Below are positions 14,590 through 19,839 of a DNA stretch of 19,839 bases, piece after piece (the stretch's first letter is position 1; each line of letters starts with the position of its first letter). The notes beneath the pieces were generated by a model, which saw nothing but the letters and a program-made list of their open reading frames with translations, was not told the origin of the DNA and ran no database searches. Position numbers and translations under genes: made by a program. Where the stretch lies: NCBI GenBank assembly GCA_964013405.1, contig CAXGWI010000058.1, forward strand, positions 1 through 19,839, written 5' to 3'. This DNA is from an uncultured Myxococcales bacterium. GTDB taxonomy: Bacteria > Myxococcota > UBA4151.

Positions 14590-16617
14590 ATGCTGAGAAC
14601 TTGGGCCGCGCTTTCCCTGCTGTTGCTGACGGGCTGTCCCGACGACAAAGTCGCGCCGGAGGCACAGCCCGATGCAGGCCCCATTCGTTGGGGTCTGAGC
14701 CTGGCGCACGATAGTCAGATCACCATGGATCCAGGGGGCACCTTTCCCCTCCGGGCGATGTACTTCAACACCGAACTCGGTGGCCTCGAAAACCAACCTG
14801 TTTCCTTTCTGATCGTCGGCGATGCCCAGGGGGGTAGCCTGGCGGCCAATTCGGGTCAGACCGATGAAGATGGCTTCGCAACCTTGGATTTCCAGGCGCC
14901 GCTCGAAGCGACTCAAAGGCCGATCCAAGTTGAGATCTCCGCCGCTAAAGTCGAGGCACCGCTCTACGTGCAGATCACGGTCACCGAGCCGGACCTAAGG
15001 CTTCTGCCCGTCGGCGCGACGGAACGGGATGTACGCCCCAACATGGTCTTGCCCGTGCAAATCCTCGTCGAACGGGTCGGTGGCGGTGCCATCGCGGGCG
15101 TCTCCGTCGACGCCCAACTCCGTTTGGCTGACGGTGTCGTGCCGCCTGGGATGGGTCTTCAGGAAGTTGGTCTGGCGACCGTTTCCACCGACACCAGGCT
15201 CTCGGGCATCGCCCGGGTCGAACTCCACACCGGCCCGGAAGAGGCTGATATATGGGTGGACATGGGCGTCGCTGGCGTCGGTACGGTCTCCTATCTATTT
15301 CACGTCCGCGCTGGCGGTATGGGTGAGGGGGGCTGCCGGCTCGACCGGGACTGCGGCGAGGGGTTCATCTGCGTCCGAGAGGGTGAGGGTGAAGAGGCTC
15401 AGAACGTCTGCGTGCCCGACGAGGAATCGGGCTGCGACCCGATCAACCCGGCGCCCGGTCAATGCCCCCCTGGCTTCACTTGTGATCCCAATGGCGAATG
15501 TGTCCCGGGCGCCATCACCGGCTGCCTACAAGCGCCCGAGGTCTGCCCGGAGCACTTCGAGTGCATTGCGGACGTCTGTGTCCGACTCTGCGACCCCGAC
15601 GACCTTTGTCCCGACGGTTTCGAGTGTATAGAAGGCGTCTGCCAAGAGCCGGACCCGCCACCAGACATGGTGCGCGTAGAGGGCTTGTGGCTCACCCTCT
15701 ATCAGTTCGACCTGAGCGAAGTCCTCGGCTTCCTCGGGGGGCTGGGCGGACCACTCGACTTTGTCGATCAGGCCTTCCGTGGCAATCTGAATGTGCCCAT
15801 CCCTCTGCTCGGCGACCTCATCGAGGACGCCGTGGGTGATTTGATCGCCCGCTATGTCCCCCCTTGGGTCCCCGACTTAGTCCACGGTCTCAACACCCTG
15901 GTCCACATCTTCCAAGAGCTCCAAGTGGCTGGCGAGATGGAACTTCGCCACCGGCAGAACCCGCTCCACGTCCGCGGCACCGAAATGTGGCACCATGCGA
16001 TGATTCACCTCATCGACCGCTGCCCCCTCGGTCGGCAGGACCCCAACTGGCCCCGCTGTGCTCAGGTCGACATCATGTTCGATCAACAGTTGGGGGACTT
16101 TGGCGAGATTCACACCGACCCGCGCCCATTCTCTGGTCGTCTCTATCTAGACCAGCAACAAGAATGGCGCCTACTGCTCAATCGCGAAGTCGAGGCGGAT
16201 CTCGTCGGACTGGTTCGCTACATTGTGAACCTAGTGGTTTCGATCAGCACCAACGGCCGGGCCAGGGACCTTCCCCAGGCCCTGGAGCAAGCCATCGACT
16301 GCCGCGGGGTGGCCAGGGCCGCGAACGATGCGGCCCGCCAGATGGGCCTCAATGGCGGCATTCCAGGTGTGGAGCAAATGTGTCAGGCCGCGGTGGCGGA
16401 AGCCGGCCGCCAAGTCGACGAGATTCTCGGCCGAATCGGCATCGGCTGGGAGGTCATGGACTTCGACCAGCGTGCCCGTGTGTACGATGATAACAACGAC
16501 CTTCTTGGCGATGAGTTAGGCCGTTGGCCCGACGCACCCGGTGATCTCGATGGGCGCTTCCGTATCATCTGGCGGGCCCCCATCGACGGGGTCTGGTTTG
16601 GGGATCGCCCTCGGTAA
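14590..16617 (+). CDS. Lipoprotein with Ig-like (Big_1/invasin-like) domains, Cys-rich repeats and an unknown C-terminal domain
   Basis: GGAGG RBS and lipobox LLTG-C. NQPVSFLI...GQTDEDGFATLDFQAP is Big_1-like. Several CxxxxxCPxGFxCxxxxC modules follow, then a globular C-terminus of about 320 aa. Confidence 0.8.
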   Translation: MLRTWAALSLLLLTGCPDDKVAPEAQPDAGPIRWGLSLAHDSQITMDPGGTFPLRAMYFNTELGGLENQPVSFLIVGDAQGGSLAANSGQTDEDGFATLDFQAPLEATQRPIQVEISAAKVEAPLYVQITVTEPDLRLLPVGATERDVRPNMVLPVQILVERVGGGAIAGVSVDAQLRLADGVVPPGMGLQEVGLATVSTDTRLSGIARVELHTGPEEADIWVDMGVAGVGTVSYLFHVRAGGMGEGGCRLDRDCGEGFICVREGEGEEAQNVCVPDEESGCDPINPAPGQCPPGFTCDPNGECVPGAITGCLQAPEVCPEHFECIADVCVRLCDPDDLCPDGFECIEGVCQEPDPPPDMVRVEGLWLTLYQFDLSEVLGFLGGLGGPLDFVDQAFRGNLNVPIPLLGDLIEDAVGDLIARYVPPWVPDLVHGLNTLVHIFQELQVAGEMELRHRQNPLHVRGTEMWHHAMIHLIDRCPLGRQDPNWPRCAQVDIMFDQQLGDFGEIHTDPRPFSGRLYLDQQQEWRLLLNREVEADLVGLVRYIVNLVVSISTNGRARDLPQALEQAIDCRGVARAANDAARQMGLNGGIPGVEQMCQAAVAEAGRQVDEILGRIGIGWEVMDFDQRARVYDDNNDLLGDELGRWPDAPGDLDGRFRIIWRAPIDGVWFGDRPR

Positions 16618-16620
16618 AAA

Positions 16621-16652
16621 GACCGAGAAGGGCGTGCGCTCTCCCATCGGTC
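16621..16652. terminator. Possible intergenic hairpin
   Basis: GACCGA...TCGGTC outer stem with an imperfect inner GGGCG/CGCTC stem just after the stop at 16617. The U-tract is only on the minus strand. Confidence 0.3.
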
Positions 16653-16752
16653 ATCTATACCATCTCACGTTGATCGATCTTGACTTGGCTCCGGTTTCCC
16701 CTCACAGACCGGCGCCTAAATCGAAGGGCCTATGGCCCACCGGGAGTAATTG

Positions 16753-18849
16753 ATGAATCTGCGCACCCCCCATCTCATTGGCCTTCTCGCCGCCTTCGCA
16801 CTCTGTACCACCACGGCCTGCGTCCCACCGGCGGAAGACACCCCCGAAGACGCAGGTCCCAGCGAGCCCGCTACCTGTTCAGATGAACGGGATTGCGCCG
16901 CGGACGAACTCTGCATCAGCGGTGCCTGTGAAGCGGCTGAATGCAACACCGACCGTCAGTGTCGGATCACCGAGATCTGCGAGAGTGGCCGCTGCATCGT
17001 CGATAACAGCTGCACCTCGGATCGGGACTGCGATGTGGGTTTCCTCTGCCAAGCGAGCGAATGTGTTCGGGACACTCGTCAGCGTTGTAGTCAGCACGCA
17101 GACTGCCCAGACACCGGCCAGATCTGCGATATCATGAGTGGTGAAGCCGAGGGCTTCTGCCTCCATCACACCGACGTCGAGTGTGTCGATGACTCGGAGT
17201 GCTCCTTCCCGGGCGGGCAAGCGGATCAAGAGAACCGGGCGATCACCTACACCTGCGAAGAGGGTGTGTGTAAGGCCGGTGAGAAGGACGGCTGCACGGT
17301 TTCCGCTGACTGCCTTTCTGGCAAAGACTGCGTCGCCATGAACAATGGCAGCCGCTGCCTCACCCCGTGCACGGTGAATCAAGATTGTGGCTCTATCGAT
17401 CAATGTGAGCCGAACCTGAATGGGCACTGCTGGTACAATCTCTGCGGTAACCCCAACGATCTCAGCCCGGGCTTCGCCGACATGCCCCCCAATGGCGCCC
17501 TGGGCGGCGGTTGCCAGGCCGATGCCCCCGACGCACCGAGCCTCCCCTTCTGCGAGTCGGACGCCGAATGTGACGAAGGCGAACGCTGCAACACCGAACT
17601 GGAAGAGTGTGAGAAGTTCTGCGCTGCTCCCGCCGACTGCGGTGGTGGCGACAATCCTTGGCTGACCTGCCGCACCTATGAGGCTGCTGACAACGATGCC
17701 TGCCGGACCCCAGCGGATGCTGTGGAAGAAGTGATGGGTCAATGTGCTGTCCAAGCCGCTGGCTGCAATGCGGATGCTGACTGTGGCGACGGGGTGACCT
17801 GTGGTGGCTACGTGGCACCTGTCGATGCCGTTGAAGAGGTGATGGGCGCATGCGACGACGGAGACGCCGCCGCCTGCAGTGCGGATGCCGATTGCGCCGA
17901 GAATATTGCCTGCGTGGGCTACGTCGCTCCCGTCGACGCTGTAGAAGAAGTCGAAGGTCAATGCCAAGTGGGTGCAGGGGCTGCTTGCAGCGAAGATGCC
18001 GACTGTGACGAGGGTGTGGCTTGTGCCGGTTACGTCGCAGCCGTCGACGCTGTCACCGCTTGCGACGAAGGCGCCTCCTGCCTCGCTGATGTCTGCGTAA
18101 CGAACTGCACCACCGATGCCGACTGCAGCGAGGAAACCCGCTGCACGGGCGAAGCCGATGGCGCCGCCTACTGCGAAGCCGTGAGCGGCATCTGCAGCCA
18201 CAACCAGTCCGATGGTCACTGCCTTGAAGTGAACGCTGGTACCGATGAGGCCGGCAACCCCGAGTGGGTCGGTCTCTGCTTCGAAGGTGGTCACCTGGCA
18301 GAAGGCGAAGTCTGCAATCCCGATGAGGAGAGTCTGATGAGCCGGACGGCTGTGCGTGGGAACGACGCTGAGCAATGCAGCGGCGGCCTGATCTGTGCGG
18401 GCGGCAATGCGGATGGTGACACCACCTGCAGCCGTACCTGTGCGGTGGGTGGACACGGGCTCGTGACCTGCAACGAAGGCGAGCTCTGCCTTGGTCAGGC
18501 CTACAACTTTGGCGTCTGCCTCACCGAGGACGACACCTGCGAGCTTGGCTACCAAGAGGACAGTTGCGGTGCGGAGGCCCGTTGCGGCTTCTTTGGCTGG
18601 GAGATGGCCCGCAGTTTCTGCATGTCCGCCGCTCCCGAAGCCGAACGCAAGGCCGCCGGCGAAGCCTGCGATGCGACCGCTGAATGTGGTGATGAAGCGG
18701 TTTGTGTCGGTCAACCGGCCGCCTGCCGCGTGATTTGCCGCCCCGGCGAAGAGAACAGTGCACAGTGCCCCAGTGGTACCAGTTGCCAGTCCCTCTCGTC
18801 ACTCACCCAAGGCCAGGTCGAATCCGAGTTGGGCCTCTGCTGGCAATAG
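16753..18849 (+). CDS. Large acidic Cys-rich repeat lipoprotein
   Basis: GGGAG lies 6 nt before ATG 16753. Lipobox TTA-C. Many CxxDxDCxxGxxC modules. Confidence 0.88.
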   Translation: MNLRTPHLIGLLAAFALCTTTACVPPAEDTPEDAGPSEPATCSDERDCAADELCISGACEAAECNTDRQCRITEICESGRCIVDNSCTSDRDCDVGFLCQASECVRDTRQRCSQHADCPDTGQICDIMSGEAEGFCLHHTDVECVDDSECSFPGGQADQENRAITYTCEEGVCKAGEKDGCTVSADCLSGKDCVAMNNGSRCLTPCTVNQDCGSIDQCEPNLNGHCWYNLCGNPNDLSPGFADMPPNGALGGGCQADAPDAPSLPFCESDAECDEGERCNTELEECEKFCAAPADCGGGDNPWLTCRTYEAADNDACRTPADAVEEVMGQCAVQAAGCNADADCGDGVTCGGYVAPVDAVEEVMGACDDGDAAACSADADCAENIACVGYVAPVDAVEEVEGQCQVGAGAACSEDADCDEGVACAGYVAAVDAVTACDEGASCLADVCVTNCTTDADCSEETRCTGEADGAAYCEAVSGICSHNQSDGHCLEVNAGTDEAGNPEWVGLCFEGGHLAEGEVCNPDEESLMSRTAVRGNDAEQCSGGLICAGGNADGDTTCSRTCAVGGHGLVTCNEGELCLGQAYNFGVCLTEDDTCELGYQEDSCGAEARCGFFGWEMARSFCMSAAPEAERKAAGEACDATAECGDEAVCVGQPAACRVICRPGEENSAQCPSGTSCQSLSSLTQGQVESELGLCWQ
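17713..18063 (+). repeat. Intragenic tandem repeat, about 3 units of 108-111 bp
   Basis: The Asp codon of DAV recurs at 17716, 17824, 17935 and 18046. Unit consensus is DAVEEVxGxC..AxCxxDADCxxxxxCxGYVAPV. Confidence 0.85.
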
Positions 18850-18852
18850 TGA

Positions 18853-18882
18853 TTGAGCCAATCTCCAACCCCTAGCTTTAAT
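18853..18882 (+). promoter_or_regulatory. Possible sigma70 promoter for the last lipoprotein gene
   Basis: TTGAGC-N18-TTTAAT in an AT-rich intergenic gap, with an AAGGA RBS downstream. Confidence 0.3.
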
Positions 18883-18907
18883 CTTTAAGAAAACAAGGAA
18901 CCCAATC

Positions 18908-19839
18908 ATGAAGATGATGAAACTCTGTACCCTCTTCGCTATCGCCGGTTTGACCCTGGCCTGCGTGCCTGTCGACTCCGCGGGCGGTAACGGTAGCGGT
19001 AGCGGTGGCAACAACGTGGGCGACAACAACGGTGGCAACAACGGCGGCGGCGACAGCGGTTGCGAGACCGACCGGGGCTGTAACCGGGGTGAGGTTTGCG
19101 AACAAAACAGTTGTGTTGCTGGCTGCCGTCGGGACACCGACTGCCGCACCGTCGGCCAGGTTTGCCGCATCGATGGCAACGATGAGATCGGTCAGTGCAT
19201 CACAGACGACCGGGTCAGTTGCGGTGCGAACAGCGCCTGCCAGGCCGGTGAGGTATGCGATGCGGGTTACTGCTCGGCCATCACGGAAATCACCTGCTCC
19301 AGCGACGAGCAGTGCTCCTTCGGTGACGGCCAAGACGCCATCAATGGCACCTGTGACAATGGTGTCTGTAAGGTGCGCTCCTACGGTGGCTGCGCCAGCA
19401 ACGATCATTGCGCGACGGGCGACCGCTGCCAGGCCATGCAGAACGGTGAACAGATCTGCGTGACCGAGTGCACCCAGTCGGATCAATGCGAGGGTATTGA
19501 GGCCTGTCAGGCCATGCAGGGGATCTGCTGGTACAACTTCTGTGGTTCGGCCGAAGAGAGCGCCATCGCTTACTGCGGTGGCCAAACCGGCGCTGAATGC
19601 AACGGTACCTTTGGCGAGACCTGCAACGGTCACGGCGAAGGAGACGGCTTCTGCATGCAGCAGCCCTACCAGAACGGCTGGGTTGGCCTGTGCATGGCGA
19701 ACCAGCCCGGTGAAGCCTGCACCGTGCTCGGCGAGAACACTTGTGGCGACGGCCAGCGCTGCCACATGGTCGGTGCTTGGGACGCCAACGGACGCTGCGG
19801 CGCTGACGGTGGTGCGGGTCAAGCGCAGGCTTGTGAGGC
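18908..19839 (+). CDS. Cys-rich repeat lipoprotein, paralogue of 16753..18849, 3' partial
   Basis: Not in the ORF track because it is open to the window end. Manual translation begins MKMMKLCTLFAIAGLTLA-CVPVDSAGGNGSGSGGNNVGDNNGGNNGGGDSGCETDRGC. Shares CSF, TCxxGVCK, AMxNG, CWYNxCG and WVGLC motifs with the upstream gene. Confidence 0.9.
   Translation, partial: MKMMKLCTLFAIAGLTLACVPVDSAGGNGSGSGGNNVGDNNGGNNGGGDSGCETDRGCNRGEVCEQNSCVAGCRRDTDCRTVGQVCRIDGNDEIGQCITDDRVSCGANSACQAGEVCDAGYCSAITEITCSSDEQCSFGDGQDAINGTCDNGVCKVRSYGGCASNDHCATGDRCQAMQNGEQICVTECTQSDQCEGIEACQAMQGICWYNFCGSAEESAIAYCGGQTGAECNGTFGETCNGHGEGDGFCMQQPYQNGWVGLCMANQPGEACTVLGENTCGDGQRCHMVGAWDANGRCGADGGAGQAQACE

Noticed and set aside
17713..18063. 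CRISPR-like or non-coding DNA repeat array
   Set aside because: The units are in-frame multiples of three, conserved at protein level with synonymous divergence. There is no identical repeat/unique spacer pattern and no cas gene.
16879..18714. 611-aa minus-strand ORF
   Set aside because: Antisense shadow of the Cys-rich lipoprotein gene caused by GC-rich codon bias. It has no motifs.
18983..19060. GGT/GGC/AAC microsatellite-like stretch
   Set aside because: It simply encodes the Gly/Asn/Ser-rich tether after the lipobox and is not a perfect repeat.
18878..19822. 314-aa minus-strand ORF
   Set aside because: Antisense shadow. The real gene is the + strand lipoprotein from 18908, which has an RBS, a lipobox and paralogy to its neighbour.

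Overview
GC-rich, gene-dense bacterial DNA. The Cys-rich lipoproteins, DAG-type linkers and Tad-like pilins suggest Myxococcota or a related deltaproteobacterial lineage (inference). Left to right: a partial PilZ-domain gene (-); a FadL/OmpP1-type outer-membrane channel, a Cys-rich lipoprotein with a pacifastin-like module and a zinc-ribbon protein (+); tRNA-Val(GAC) with its promoter and terminator (-); a five-gene Tad/Flp minor-pilin cassette with no assembly machinery, downstream of xerC (-); a divergent membrane GAF histidine kinase and an NtrC-like regulator whose AAA+ domain has lost Walker A Lys, Walker B Asp, GAFTGA and an arginine finger; a small YqaE/Pmp3 gene; then a co-oriented run of a predicted beta-barrel, a metallophosphoesterase and three Cys-rich lipoproteins, two of them paralogues differing by a nested repeat insertion. 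The most notable items are the pseudo-ATPase regulator, the orphan Kil-like pilus-tip cassette with a recombinase-site-like dyad in its leader, and the beta-barrel/Cys-rich lipoprotein cluster. No CRISPR array, transposase or att duplication was seen.
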